From Planctomycetota bacterium (GTDB lineage Bacteria; Planctomycetota; Phycisphaerae; WQYP01), in assembly GCA_021800165.1 (NCBI GenBank), contig JAJYZF010000004.1:3296-67295 (forward strand): a DNA stretch of 64,000 nt, in the 5' to 3' direction. Positions 49,020-60,493 of this stretch are shown piece after piece. The stretch's first letter is position 1; every line of letters starts with the position of its first letter. The notes below the pieces were generated by a model. That model was not told the DNA's origin and searched no databases. It saw only the letters and a program-made list of their open reading frames with translations. The position numbers and the translations under genes were made by a program.

Positions 49020-50522
49020 TTAGCGAACGGAATTATACAGGGCGTTTACCACTTGATCTTCCCAACCGTTCACATTACCACGATAATGATTGACAAAAAT
49101 CGCGAAAGCATAGCGCGCTTGCGCCAGTGTCAAGTAGCCGCTGAGTGTGGAAGCCCCGGTGACGTGACCATCCTTAACCCTCAAAAACACCCTGGCGGGC
49201 GAGCGCGTTAGGCGATTGACAAAGGTTCCCTGGCCGGGCTTGGCCATGGTGTCTATAAACACCTGGCCCTGCGGCTCGGCGGCAACGTGCGCCAATATGG
49301 TGGTGATCGCTGAGGTGGCCACGCGATCATGGTGGGAAAGCCCGGATCCGTCGACCATGTGGGTGAGGGCGGCATTTACGCCAATGGTGCCTAGATACGC
49401 CTTTACCGCCGCGGTTCCATTGGCCCAACTCCCCGGTTGACCGGTGGCATCGTGGCCGAGCAATTTGCACAGACATTCCGCCATCAAATTATAACTGTCG
49501 ATGTGGGCCCGTTTCAGAATATCCGTCAGTGGTGTACCGTATGAGGCCAGCAAAATGGGTCTGACCCCTTTTTGCGCAGCCAGCGCGGTCAGACCTTCAC
49601 TGCGAACGGCCCCACTGATCGCGATGCCATGGGAAAGGAAACTTTGCTTGAGCACAGCACCGGTGTAAAGAGCCGGATTATTGATTGTCACCTGCAAGGG
49701 ATACGCGGTATCGGAGTAGCGTATTTGTCCACGACAAAAAAAATGATTGCTGTCCGGTTGCCGATACATCCATACACTTTGCACCGGACCACGACGGGCC
49801 TGAATCGTCACCGGCGTATAGGGCGTGGATGGAAATATCCGTACGCCCGGCGCTCCGTTGGGTTGAATGGTCGGCAGCCAATTCAGGCAGTTATCAGAAA
49901 AATTCAGCCCGCACACCTGGGCTTCGTACCAATCCAGAGATTGGCCTCTCGGCCATTGATGGTTGAAAAAATGTTGGTTGAAAATATGGTCATCCACGAT
50001 GACATCATGAAAGTGGGTTTGCCCAATTTTTTTAAGGTAGGCTGCCCAGTTGTCAAAGGCGGTGGTAACGGTCCAACCGACCTGACGGCACAACACCGGA
50101 TCACCCAACGCCGGGTCACCGCCACCAACAATCACCAGATCATCGCCCACACGGTACAGATAAGTGTGCAGCACACCCTTGGGACCAAGTTTGGCAAAAG
50201 CGGCGGAAGTCGTCAGCAATTTCCCATTGCTGCCGGGCATCAGCGGTAAATTCGGGTGATAACCATAAATGGGGAGGGCCATGCCGGGGGAAACCTTCAC
50301 GATGCTGATGCTGATTTGCGAACCGTTGAGCTGCGCTGGATCAGAGCGCAGCAGATATGAGATGCGGTCCGCCAAAGTTGCCGCGGCCGTCGTGCCGGCA
50401 CCGACCGAGAGCCAACTGCCAGTGACAAGAATCAGACAGCATAAAAAAAGGCCGCTAACGCGATGACGATAAACTGAAAATTTCAAGAACCCAGGCACGC
50501 ATACCTCCTTGTAAGGGTGCAT
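49020..50522 (-). CDS. dacB: D-alanyl-D-alanine carboxypeptidase/endopeptidase, peptidase S13 (PBP4)
   Basis: Signal peptide. SNGKLLTT resembles the SxxK motif. Overall length and Asn-rich middle are PBP4-like. Confidence 0.75.
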   Translation of the reverse strand: MHPYKEVCVPGFLKFSVYRHRVSGLFLCCLILVTGSWLSVGAGTTAAATLADRISYLLRSDPAQLNGSQISISIVKVSPGMALPIYGYHPNLPLMPGSNGKLLTTSAAFAKLGPKGVLHTYLYRVGDDLVIVGGGDPALGDPVLCRQVGWTVTTAFDNWAAYLKKIGQTHFHDVIVDDHIFNQHFFNHQWPRGQSLDWYEAQVCGLNFSDNCLNWLPTIQPNGAPGVRIFPSTPYTPVTIQARRGPVQSVWMYRQPDSNHFFCRGQIRYSDTAYPLQVTINNPALYTGAVLKQSFLSHGIAISGAVRSEGLTALAAQKGVRPILLASYGTPLTDILKRAHIDSYNLMAECLCKLLGHDATGQPGSWANGTAAVKAYLGTIGVNAALTHMVDGSGLSHHDRVATSAITTILAHVAAEPQGQVFIDTMAKPGQGTFVNRLTRSPARVFLRVKDGHVTGASTLSGYLTLAQARYAFAIFVNHYRGNVNGWEDQVVNALYNSVR

Positions 50523-50651
50523 TGTGAAAGAAAGACCTCGAATAATCCCACCGGTTAAGTTTGCCGGTCTCCGGGCAATGACGAAATCATGCCCAGTCTT
50601 AGTGTTACGAATACCTCAGTTCAAAAGTTGGCGATTGATGGAAAATTCCGC

Positions 50652-52028
50652 TTAATGATCTACCGGTGATCCCAATTGCTGGCCTACTTCTTCGAGTTTC
50701 TTTTTGAGGGTGTCAGATGTATTGGCCTCTAAATTCAAACGCAGCAGCGGTTCGGTGTTGCTTTTCCGTACGTTGAACCACCATGTATCATATTCCACCG
50801 TAATTCCATCGAGATAGTCAATGGCGGCGTCTTTATAGCGATCCGCCAACTGCCGCACGGTTCCATCTTTGTCCCGGACGGCATAATTAATTTCACCACT
50901 GCCATGCCAGCGCATCAGCGGCTTAAACACGTGACTGACCGGGCTGTCGTATCGTGACAGAACCGAGAGCAAACACGCAAAGGCAATAGCCCCGGAATCG
51001 GTATTGAAGTTGTCGCGGAAATAAAAATGGCCGGAAAGTTCGCCACCAAAAACACCCTTGCTGTCGGCCAGAGCCTTTTTCATAAACGCATGACCAACGC
51101 GTTCGCGTCGGGGCACGCCGCCCGCGTTCTGAATTTCCTCCCGTACGACCCGACTGGAGCGCAAATCATACACCACAGCCGCACCGTGATTGGTTTTGAG
51201 AAAGTCCCGGGCCAGCAGGGCGGTAACAATATCGCAGCGGATCACCCGAGCCTGTTCATCCACAAAGATGCAGCGGTCCGCGTCGCCGTCAAAACAGACG
51301 CCTAGATCCGCCGCATGAGAAAGCACCGCCTCCTGGAGTTGCCGCAGATTGGCATCCACCAGTGGATTGGGCTCATGAACAAACCGCCCGGTTATTTCCA
51401 TATTCAAGGGAATAATTTCGAGATCCGGATGGCCCATAAATATCTCCGGGATGAACTTACCGGCCATGCCATTGCTGGCGTCCACCACCACCTTGAGCTT
51501 ACGGCTCAAGCGAAGAAACTTAAGCACATGGGCGCGGTAGGCGGCTTGCAGATCGTGAAATTCGACCTGCCCCATCTGCACTGGCGGATTTTTTCGCAAA
51601 GTCGAAGCGATCCGCTTTATCTCCTGAAGTCCGGTATCCACACCGATAGGTCGCGCCAGCATGCCACTTATCTTGAAGCCATTATAGTCCGCTGGATTAT
51701 GCGAGGCGGTGGTCTGTATGCCACCACAGCACCCCAGATGATTGATCGCAAAATAAATCATCGGGGTATCAATCAACCCAATGTCAATGCAGTTGGATCC
51801 GGTGGAAAGAATACCCTCAATCAGAGCTTGGCTTATTGACCGGCTGCTGGGCCGCATGTCCCGGCCGACGACGACCATTTTCTTTCGCCGATCGGCTTTA
51901 TCCAAGCCGGTTAAGTTCATCTGCAAAAATTGCGCCGTCGCATGGCCGACTTTCCATGCGATTTCTTCATTGAGTTCGTCGGGATAAATGCCCCGAATGT
52001 CGTAAGCCTTGAAGATATTGTCAAACAT
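50652..52028 (-). CDS. Phosphoglucomutase/phosphomannomutase family enzyme
   Basis: Active-site TASHNP and GGE.SGH sugar-binding motifs. AAGAGG RBS before the ATG at 52026-52028 (MFDNIFKAYDIRG). Confidence 0.85.
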   Translation of the reverse strand: MFDNIFKAYDIRGIYPDELNEEIAWKVGHATAQFLQMNLTGLDKADRRKKMVVVGRDMRPSSRSISQALIEGILSTGSNCIDIGLIDTPMIYFAINHLGCCGGIQTTASHNPADYNGFKISGMLARPIGVDTGLQEIKRIASTLRKNPPVQMGQVEFHDLQAAYRAHVLKFLRLSRKLKVVVDASNGMAGKFIPEIFMGHPDLEIIPLNMEITGRFVHEPNPLVDANLRQLQEAVLSHAADLGVCFDGDADRCIFVDEQARVIRCDIVTALLARDFLKTNHGAAVVYDLRSSRVVREEIQNAGGVPRRERVGHAFMKKALADSKGVFGGELSGHFYFRDNFNTDSGAIAFACLLSVLSRYDSPVSHVFKPLMRWHGSGEINYAVRDKDGTVRQLADRYKDAAIDYLDGITVEYDTWWFNVRKSNTEPLLRLNLEANTSDTLKKKLEEVGQQLGSPVDH

Positions 52029-52550
52029 CTTTAGCCTCTTATAAAGGCGTGTGGCCGTTGCCAGCACCGCTGATTTTACATCATCCGCACCCTTTAGCCC
52101 GGCCCAAAGCCAATCGGAGTGTATTTCCCCGACCCGCACTGGCGGGCACTAACTTCCCAAGCCCCCTGGAAGGCTATGGTATCGCAGAAAACCTCATTCA
52201 GCCACAAAGCCGGCCTTGCGCGATCTTGGCACTGGCTTAATCTGCAGTCGTACCCAATACCGGCGTACAATGTTATCGGCAGCATCAAGCCGCAGACAGG
52301 CAAATTTTCTCATTCTTTTGAATGATTTCGCCGAATAGGCTAGGGTCCGGATGAAACCGGCACTTCGAGGGGCTTTGTGGTAAACGCTGCTACCTTTTCT
52401 TAAGCATGCAGCAGCATTGGAAGCTTTTATGATCCGCAGAGTATCGGCGATGCGTGGTCGCCGGAGCGGTGGCGTGAGATCAAATTGATCCTGCCGGGGA
52501 CATCTCGATTTTCAGCAGGTAAGTGGTTTTTAAATAACAGGAGAGGGCTC

Positions 52551-53267
52551 ATGAGTGTGGACCAGAAACTTAATCGGATAGTACAGGCGGGCACTGCTCT
52601 TTGCGCTGGGCTGGCCAACTTAGGCGGACTGGATACAGATGGCGATTGCAGTTTTCGTTTAGCGTCACGGTTCCATGGCATTACCCCGGAATTTTCGGAG
52701 AGTCTGGTGCAGGTTACGGTGCGGGCAGGTCGCGTGGAAATCGCTTCTCCGGCGGATGGTGACGCCTCTGGTTCAATGACGCTGCGCGTCTTTGACGATG
52801 AGCCTGCAAATCCGCTGCAACACAACAAAACCGCAGCGCTGTTACGCGTTACCAGCGGTGATCTAGCTTACATTTCACGGGATACCATGGTCGAGTGGAC
52901 ATTGGATCAGCTCTTGGCCCCTTCCGGTAGTTCCATCGGATCGCCAGTCTGTACTGGTACCGAGACCACGTTTACCGGTGTATGGTCGTTGACGGCGCAA
53001 CCTCAAATTGGTTCAGCGGCACCGGCTCTTAGCCTGCAAGTCTGCTGCATTACCGGAGATTGTGCCATCAGCCAGATTCAATGCCTGATGCCCATTGCCG
53101 CAGGCCAGCGGGAATCCACCGAAATGCTCACCCACCTCACCAATGGCCGCAGCGGACAATTGGTGGTGGCGTTGGCTAGGCGTGAGCTTAACACTACAAT
53201 CGCGTGGAGATCTGACGCACCGGTCCGGACAGCGGCGGCTTCGTTAAAAACGCTGACCTATGCCTGA
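52551..53267 (+). CDS. Hypothetical protein
   Basis: AGGAGAGGG RBS before the ATG at 52551. No family recognised. Confidence 0.35.
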   Translation: MSVDQKLNRIVQAGTALCAGLANLGGLDTDGDCSFRLASRFHGITPEFSESLVQVTVRAGRVEIASPADGDASGSMTLRVFDDEPANPLQHNKTAALLRVTSGDLAYISRDTMVEWTLDQLLAPSGSSIGSPVCTGTETTFTGVWSLTAQPQIGSAAPALSLQVCCITGDCAISQIQCLMPIAAGQRESTEMLTHLTNGRSGQLVVALARRELNTTIAWRSDAPVRTAAASLKTLTYA

Positions 53268-53599
53268 CATCGGATTATCATCCCAGAAAGGTGTTATCGC
53301 CAACGTCGGAGGGGTCTATAAATATGGGCAATTTTCTCAACTTTGCACATTCAGCGGCCGATGATGAATAGGTGGATTGGCATTTCTCGATTTGACACGA
53401 GGAATAGCCGACGGGCTGTTTTTTTGGCTCGATTGGTTCAACATGCAACCTTCCACCGCAGAGGTTCTTTTGCTGGAACTACCCCGTGAAAACATCCGCC
53501 GTCAGTAAAATCGATTTCCCTTGCCAACGCGAAAGTGCTATACTCAGATGGACTGGAGTGCGTGATGGTCTCCAGCGCCGTGGAAACGAGGAGTCCGCC

Positions 53600-53869
53600 A
53601 TGGACATGTATGATCCAACCACGGACGGCACCCCAAGAATTGCCCTTAAGCCCGCGACGGACATTGGTTCGTCGCAGGTGGCGGGCACGGTTTCACCGCG
53701 GCGGCAAGGTCTGCCTACGACCGCAGATGATGCAGTCGCGCCGATTCGCGTGAGTTTTGCGACATCGGCGGAGCCGTCATCCCACGACGATCCACCAGTC
53801 GAACTGACTGGTGAAATCGTCCAGACGCTGACGACGACACCTTGCCCGTCGGAAATCTACTTGGGTTAA
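53600..53869 (+). CDS. Hypothetical small protein
   Basis: GAGGAG RBS 6 nt before the ATG (MDMYDPTTDG...). Low-complexity sequence. Confidence 0.2.
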   Translation: MDMYDPTTDGTPRIALKPATDIGSSQVAGTVSPRRQGLPTTADDAVAPIRVSFATSAEPSSHDDPPVELTGEIVQTLTTTPCPSEIYLG

Positions 53870-54002
53870 CGCCCACCTCGCCAATGGATCATTGGCGAAT
53901 TCGGTCCGATAATGTCCGGCCCGTTCGCGGGTGGAGTTGATTATTGTCTCTAATTTTTTGCCTACTCACCAAACGTTCTGAAGCAGATTAAGTTCGCAGT
54001 GG

Positions 54003-54767
54003 ATGAAGCCTAATCGCTGGACGGATGGCCCAAAACCCGATAAATTCATGGCCATGAGCGAAGCTATATCCCACCACCAAACCGATGAGAAACCCGCGGA
54101 CAGCTCTCCACCGGTCGAGCCAACGCCTTTGATGCCCATCAAAGCGGTCAATGAAGGCCGTTGTGAGGATGCGATCGCCAATGGCCGAGAGGCACCAGCC
54201 GAGGCCGGCGAAGGATCGTTGCATCTGCGTATGGACGATATTTCCCAGATGCCGCTGCGGCAGGTTATTGAAGCCATTTTATTCGCCAGCGATATGCCGC
54301 TTTCGAAAGGCAAGCTGGCCCAAACGCTGGGATTGGATGTCACCGCCCCCGTTACCGACGCGATCCGTGAGCTTAACGATATCTATGTGCAACGTCAGGC
54401 CGCTTATCGCATTGAAGAGCGGGCCGGGGGGTACCAGATTCTTACGCTGCCGCAGTATGCCGAATACGTGCAGCGGCTGATGCGCAAAAAGGACGAAGGC
54501 CGGTTAACCCCCGCTTCGCTGGAGACGCTGGCCATTATCGCCTACAAACAACCCATTTTGCGGGTCGATGTGGAGGCCATCCGGGGCGTGGCGTGCGGTG
54601 AAGTGATTCGCTCTCTGATGGAGCACAATATGGTGAAGATCGTCGGTCGAGCTGAAGAAATCGGCCGGCCTATGCTCTACGGCACTACTCGTCATTTTCT
54701 GGAAGTGTTCGGCTTGGCCAACCTTAAGGATTTACCGAAAACAGATCAGCTTAAAGAGCCGAAATAA
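54003..54767 (+). CDS. scpB: Segregation and condensation protein B
   Basis: EAILFASD.PLS...L and tandem winged-helix domains. The start could be 54003, 54048 or 54054. Confidence 0.8.
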   Translation: MKPNRWTDGPKPDKFMAMSEAISHHQTDEKPADSSPPVEPTPLMPIKAVNEGRCEDAIANGREAPAEAGEGSLHLRMDDISQMPLRQVIEAILFASDMPLSKGKLAQTLGLDVTAPVTDAIRELNDIYVQRQAAYRIEERAGGYQILTLPQYAEYVQRLMRKKDEGRLTPASLETLAIIAYKQPILRVDVEAIRGVACGEVIRSLMEHNMVKIVGRAEEIGRPMLYGTTRHFLEVFGLANLKDLPKTDQLKEPK

Positions 54768-54939
54768 TCACCCTTGAGGCGTGCTGCATCCAAACGATAC
54801 GGTATTCGACATCGGCCTGATTACACGGAAACACCGCATTGGGGGGATGGTAAGCCCAGGTAATTTGCGGCAATTTAGCGCCGGCCCCCAAACCGGTTAC
54901 AATCCTTAATTCGTTTGAGGCAAGAAGGAGCCTATATCA

Positions 54940-57831
54940 ATGATCTCTAGCCAGGTACGCCGTGAATTCATCGACTTTTTCGTACAGCGCCATGGGCATA
55001 CGGTCATTCCTTCCAGCCCGGTGGTTCCCCATGATGACCCCAGTTTGCTCTTTGCCAACGCGGGGATGAATCAGTTTAAGCCGTTTTTTTTGGGAACGGC
55101 CAAGGCCAAAGCCACCCGTGTAGCCAACACGCAAAAGTGTATTCGTGCTGGCGGCAAGCACAACGATCTGGATGATGTAGGAATTTCCCGTCGTCACCAC
55201 ACTTTTTTTGAGATGCTCGGGAACTGGAGCTTCGGTGATTATTTTAAGGAAGGCGCCATTGAGATGGCGTGGGAGTTGTTGACCAAAGCGTGGCATTTGG
55301 ATCCCCGGCGATTGCATGTAACAGTTTATAAAGGCAGCCCGGACGATGGGGTTCCGGCAGACGATGAAGCGGCGGAATTATGGCGGCGAATTGCCGGCCT
55401 GCCCGAAAATCATATCCATCGATTTGTCGAGGAGAACTTCTGGGAGATGGGGGAAACAGGGCCCTGTGGACCGTGCACAGAAATTTTTATTGACCGCACG
55501 CCCGATTTTTCGGGCGCAGCTCAGGTGAATGGTACAGATCCCCGCGTGATGGAAATCTGGAATCTGGTTTTCATTCAGTACAATCGACAGGAAGGCCGCA
55601 AGCTTACCCCCCTGCCGCAGCGACATGTGGATACGGGCATGGGGCTGGAGCGAATCTGCCAGGTGCTCGGTGGCTTCACGGACAATTATGCAACCGATCT
55701 GTTCACCCCTCTTTTTTCGGCCATCGCCGACTTAAGCGGACATCAGTATCACGGCACCTTCCCAACAACGGATTCCAACGGACCGGCGGAATCCGGCAAC
55801 AAAACGCTAGCCCAGGATATTGCCTTTCGCGTCATTGCCGACCATATTCGCGCGTTGACCTTTGCTCTTACCGATGGAGCCTTACCCGGCAACGAGGGCC
55901 GTGGCTACGTATTGCGACGAATACTGCGCCGAGCGGTGAGGTTTGGCCGACAGAACTTGGGGCTTACCGAGCCCTTCCTGCATCAATTGGTCCCGGTGGT
56001 TTTGCATACCATGCAAACCGCGTTTCCGGAGCTGTCCAAAAGCCCCGGCCATGTCGCGGACATCATCAAAGGCGAGGAATACAGTTTCAGCCGCACGCTG
56101 GATCGGGGGATCGAACTTTTTCAGTTGGCGGCAGATGAAGCCCGCGGTGGTAATATGAAAGGCATTATTTCTGCGGAAAGTGCCTTTAAGCTTCACGACA
56201 CGTATGGTTTTCCGATTGATTTAACGCAAGTTATGGCCCGTGAACAGGGCCTGGCCGTGGATGTGACCGGATACGAGGCGTGCATGGAGGAAGCAAGGCA
56301 CAAGGCCCGTTCGGGCGGCAAAACAACGGAAACGTCGCTGACAGATCTGTCGCCGGATGTTCTGGCGCGCTTGGCACGTGAGCAGATACCAGGCACCGAC
56401 GATCAGGCCAAATATCAGTCAGGCCCGATTAAAGCTACGGTGGTTGCGATCTGGGATGGTCGAGAACTGTGCAACAATGCCACTGCGGATGCCGCCGCCC
56501 CGGTGGCCCTGATTCTGGACCGCACGAACTTTTATGCCCAGATGGGGGGACAAATCGGCGACGCCGGTAACCTTGCCTCGGAGCAGGGGATTTTTACCGT
56601 GGAAACCGCGCATGCGGTAGGCCATTACATTTTACATCTAGGCAAAGTGGCGGCGGGCCGGCTACAGTGCGGCGATTCGGTTACGGCGCAGGTTCATGGC
56701 GACCGTAGCCGTATCGAACAAAATCACACCGGTACGCACCTGGCCAATTGGGCGTTGCGGGAAGTGCTGGGCGAACATGTCCAGCAAAAGGGATCCTTGG
56801 TGGATGCGGAGAAACTCCGCTTTGATTTCGTGCAGCCACAGCCGCTGCAAGAACAGCAGATTCAGTGCGTCGAAGACAAGGTCAATGAGGTTATTGCCCG
56901 GCGGTGGCCGGTCTACACGGCAGAAGTTCCGCTGGAACAAGCGCGGCGCATTTATTCTTTGCGCGCCGTTTTTGGCGAAAAATACCCGGAACGTGTACGT
57001 GTGGTCAGCATTGGGGTACCGGTTGCGGAGCTTCTGGCCCAACCGGAAAATCAGCGATGGCGGGAGTTTTCCATAGAATTCTGCGGCGGAACGCACCTGG
57101 CGGAAACCGGCCAGACCCAGGATTTTGCCATCGTGGCCGAAGAATCGGTCAGCAAGGGTATACGCCGCATCGTTGCTTATACAGGTGCGGCCGCGGCGGC
57201 GGCACGCAGGCGTACGGCTCATATTGGTAAGCTTATCGCCGCCGCGGAGCACGCCACCGAAGATGATTTGTCAGCTAAACTCAATGAGATCCAACACGCC
57301 CTTGAAGAGGTGGGCGTTCCGGTGGTAGTACGGCGCCGTGCGCAAATGGTCATCAAGGTGCTGCAGGAAAGAATCAGAGAGCAGGCCAGACGGCGTCAAG
57401 CCCCGCAGCAATCCAGTGGCGCAAGCCTGTCGCACGTGGATCAGCTTTTGGCCGCGGCTGAACAGATTGGCCAAGCGGAATTAATTGTCGCGGAGATGGG
57501 AGTGAAATCCGCCGACGAGCTACGCGCTACCATGGACGCGGTAAAAAAGAAGCGGCCGCAAGGCATGTTTGCCATGCTGCTTGCCTCCACGGAAACCCCC
57601 ATGGATAAGCAAGGCAACCCCCTGCCCGCAAAAGTCAACCTACTCGCTGCCGTCGGCGATTCGCTTATCAGCAAATTAAAAGCCGGTGATTGGATTCGCG
57701 TTGTTGCGCCGGTGGTGGGTGGGAGCGGCGGGGGTCGCCCTCAACTGGCCATGGCTGGCGGGAAGCAGACCGACAAAATCGTTGAAGCCCTGGCCGCCGG
57801 GCGCCAATTCGCCCATAAAAACCTGCAATAG
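54940..57831 (+). CDS. alaS: Alanine--tRNA ligase
   Basis: 963 aa. N-terminal FANAGMNQFKP, the editing-domain HxxxH...CGG motif, C-terminal DHHA1. GAAGGAG RBS. Confidence 0.95.
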   Translation: MISSQVRREFIDFFVQRHGHTVIPSSPVVPHDDPSLLFANAGMNQFKPFFLGTAKAKATRVANTQKCIRAGGKHNDLDDVGISRRHHTFFEMLGNWSFGDYFKEGAIEMAWELLTKAWHLDPRRLHVTVYKGSPDDGVPADDEAAELWRRIAGLPENHIHRFVEENFWEMGETGPCGPCTEIFIDRTPDFSGAAQVNGTDPRVMEIWNLVFIQYNRQEGRKLTPLPQRHVDTGMGLERICQVLGGFTDNYATDLFTPLFSAIADLSGHQYHGTFPTTDSNGPAESGNKTLAQDIAFRVIADHIRALTFALTDGALPGNEGRGYVLRRILRRAVRFGRQNLGLTEPFLHQLVPVVLHTMQTAFPELSKSPGHVADIIKGEEYSFSRTLDRGIELFQLAADEARGGNMKGIISAESAFKLHDTYGFPIDLTQVMAREQGLAVDVTGYEACMEEARHKARSGGKTTETSLTDLSPDVLARLAREQIPGTDDQAKYQSGPIKATVVAIWDGRELCNNATADAAAPVALILDRTNFYAQMGGQIGDAGNLASEQGIFTVETAHAVGHYILHLGKVAAGRLQCGDSVTAQVHGDRSRIEQNHTGTHLANWALREVLGEHVQQKGSLVDAEKLRFDFVQPQPLQEQQIQCVEDKVNEVIARRWPVYTAEVPLEQARRIYSLRAVFGEKYPERVRVVSIGVPVAELLAQPENQRWREFSIEFCGGTHLAETGQTQDFAIVAEESVSKGIRRIVAYTGAAAAAARRRTAHIGKLIAAAEHATEDDLSAKLNEIQHALEEVGVPVVVRRRAQMVIKVLQERIREQARRRQAPQQSSGASLSHVDQLLAAAEQIGQAELIVAEMGVKSADELRATMDAVKKKRPQGMFAMLLASTETPMDKQGNPLPAKVNLLAAVGDSLISKLKAGDWIRVVAPVVGGSGGGRPQLAMAGGKQTDKIVEALAAGRQFAHKNLQ

Positions 57832-57977
57832 TATATTTCGGCTGCGGCGGTGGAATTCGCAATACAGGTGGCTCGATGGTACACTCCGGGACCAGGTCAA
57901 TAACTTCGCTGGTTCGGAACTACGTTAATTTTTCTTCGATGCCGCTGTTCATGGACCCGTCCTTTTAGGAGTATCTC

Positions 57978-60404
57978 ATGCCATTACAATCTTTGCCAAA
58001 GGCCTCTCGCCTGGGCCAATCTAATTGGCGGCTTTTACCGTTCATCATGTTCGAATTTCTCCTTTTAATGAGCCTTGCGGCCTGGGCCACCGCCAAGACA
58101 GCGCCGTTTATGATGTGGGCCGACCGCCATGTCCGGCCCCCCACAGTAGATCCCACCTATGGCCTGAAACTTCCGGCAATTCACCACCTTGATTTTGGTG
58201 CCACGCCATCGTGGATATGGGCGGCCCATGTGGCCAACAAGCAAACCATCTATCTGCAAAAATCTTTGCAACTGCGGACGGTGCCATCTTCTACCCGTAT
58301 TTACGTAACCGCCGACGACAGTTATCGTCTTTATATCAATGGTAAACACGTATTAAACTCGCCATCCGGTACTGATACGTGGAAGCGTGTTCAGCGGGCC
58401 AACATCAGCACATATCTAAAGCCGGGCCGGAATATCTTGGCCATCCGCGCTACCAATGACACCGGTCCTGCCGGTGTACTGCTGTGGTTGCTCAACGGTC
58501 ACAAAACTCTCCTGAAAAGCGATGGTTCCTGGCACGTGGCGATCGCCGTTTCGCCCACAATAAAGTGGATGACCTCCGCGCCGCAACGGGGTTGGAAATT
58601 GGCTACCGTGGAAGCACCCTGGCATGGCGGCCCGTGGTCCGCGGAGATGTCTCCCTGGCCGATAACCGTGCCCGGTGCGATGGCCCACCTGTATTTTCAA
58701 CCGACAAACGTTATTGTACTCCATGGCCTAGCCGCCTTCAGCGGATTATCTACGCTCACCGGCAAAGGACCGGTCCATTTAACCATTCACCCCCCCGCCC
58801 ATGGCACTCCACCGGAACTGCTGCTGGATTTTGGGCGGGAAATGGCCGGCTGTATGCAAGTACGCGGAAAGAACGGCACAGTACTGGTGGGGACGGGTGA
58901 ATCGCGTGGTGAAGCCGTTCACGGACCGTGGGGCGGCGTGCATGCGCTGCCGCTGGTTCGTGACATGACACAATCCACGCCTTACAGCGCGTTTCGGTAT
59001 GTTGCGGTGAGCTTTCGCGGTCCGGAAACTATCACCCTAAATCGCCTCAGACTCAATTTTAAGTATACCCCGGTGCAGTACCGCGGAGCGTTTTCGTGCA
59101 GCAGTCCGCTGCTGACCAAAATCTGGTACACGGGTGCTTACACCACGCATTTGTGCATGCAGGAGCAAATATGGGATGCCCCCAAACGCGATCGGGCGAT
59201 GTGGATGGGCGATCTGCAAATTTCGGGCCAGGTTATTAACAATGTGTTTTTGAATCGACGGTTGATGGAACTGACGATGCGCGAATTGCGTCTACAGGCC
59301 CAGGGTGGAAGGCCGCCCACCGCGTTGCCTGCCAACGATGTCAATGGCATCCCAGGCTACTCTTGCGCGTGGATTTGCGGGCTGAGTGACTTTTATCGAC
59401 ATACCGGAGCGATAAACTACGTGCGGTCACAACATCAACTGCTGCTTTCCATGCTGCGCTATATGCAACAGGCTTTTAATAAACACAATATCTTCGTGAA
59501 CCGGCACCGGCACTGGTGCTTTGTGGACTGGGCCAATAAACTCAACGGCAACACGGCCCAAGCTTACATGGCCACGGATCTCTACACCTGCCTGGCGGTG
59601 CGGCGGGCGGTGTTTCTGTTGCGTGCCATGGGCGACAATGCCAATGCCAGAAAGTATGCCCACTGGGATAAGCAACTCATCGCAGCCGCTCGTAAATATC
59701 TGACCAATCCGACAACGCATACGTACACCAGCCTGCGCCAGGTGAATGCCATGGCGGTGTATTCGGACGTAGCCGACCCCCAACAGCGCCGGGCTATTTT
59801 CAAGACCATTCTGGGGCCGAGTTGCTCATCGTGGAAACAAATCGCCACCCCTTACTACAACAACTTTGTTTTATTTGCATTAAGTGATCTGGGGCGCACC
59901 CAACAAGCCATGAATTTTGTCCGTGCCTACTGGGGCGGCATGATTCGCGAAGGGGCCACCACCTTTTGGGAAGCGTATGACCCATCCTGGCCGAAAAAAC
60001 ATTTTCACAAGTACCTGCGGGCGGATAACGGCCAGGGATATTTTGTAAGCCTGTGCCATGGTTGGTCCTCTGGAGTTACCAATTGGCTTACCGAGGAGGT
60101 GCTGGGCGTACAAGCGCGAACCGGCGGTTTTACCCGCGCCCGAATTGTGCCGCACTTGGGCAATTTAATCTGGGCACGCGGCCGCGTACCCACCCCGCGA
60201 GGAAATATTCAGCTATGGGTCAAAAAGGCGCGCCATGGCGAAGGTCTTGATTTGGTATTGCCGCGGAATGTGACCGCAACCGTCGGCTTGCCCGGAAATA
60301 CGATCCTTGTCAACGGCAAGGCTATAACGATTATTCGGCACACAGGTAAGCGCAGCTATATTCACGTGGTCGGTCCTGGACATTGGACCATTCTGAGTAA
60401 ATAG
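57978..60404 (+). CDS. Glycoside hydrolase family 78-like (alpha-L-rhamnosidase family) secreted protein
   Basis: Signal/TM at the N-terminus. Bacterial rhamnosidase N-domain-like region and six-hairpin glycosidase C-terminal domain. About 800 aa. Confidence 0.65.
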   Translation: MPLQSLPKASRLGQSNWRLLPFIMFEFLLLMSLAAWATAKTAPFMMWADRHVRPPTVDPTYGLKLPAIHHLDFGATPSWIWAAHVANKQTIYLQKSLQLRTVPSSTRIYVTADDSYRLYINGKHVLNSPSGTDTWKRVQRANISTYLKPGRNILAIRATNDTGPAGVLLWLLNGHKTLLKSDGSWHVAIAVSPTIKWMTSAPQRGWKLATVEAPWHGGPWSAEMSPWPITVPGAMAHLYFQPTNVIVLHGLAAFSGLSTLTGKGPVHLTIHPPAHGTPPELLLDFGREMAGCMQVRGKNGTVLVGTGESRGEAVHGPWGGVHALPLVRDMTQSTPYSAFRYVAVSFRGPETITLNRLRLNFKYTPVQYRGAFSCSSPLLTKIWYTGAYTTHLCMQEQIWDAPKRDRAMWMGDLQISGQVINNVFLNRRLMELTMRELRLQAQGGRPPTALPANDVNGIPGYSCAWICGLSDFYRHTGAINYVRSQHQLLLSMLRYMQQAFNKHNIFVNRHRHWCFVDWANKLNGNTAQAYMATDLYTCLAVRRAVFLLRAMGDNANARKYAHWDKQLIAAARKYLTNPTTHTYTSLRQVNAMAVYSDVADPQQRRAIFKTILGPSCSSWKQIATPYYNNFVLFALSDLGRTQQAMNFVRAYWGGMIREGATTFWEAYDPSWPKKHFHKYLRADNGQGYFVSLCHGWSSGVTNWLTEEVLGVQARTGGFTRARIVPHLGNLIWARGRVPTPRGNIQLWVKKARHGEGLDLVLPRNVTATVGLPGNTILVNGKAITIIRHTGKRSYIHVVGPGHWTILSK

Positions 60405-60493
60405 TCGAATCAAACCGAATTGCATTTTTGATCGCGAACGGTATCTTTGCGCAAGTAGAATATCTAAAGTTGTTGTTTCAAGGAGCCACATCT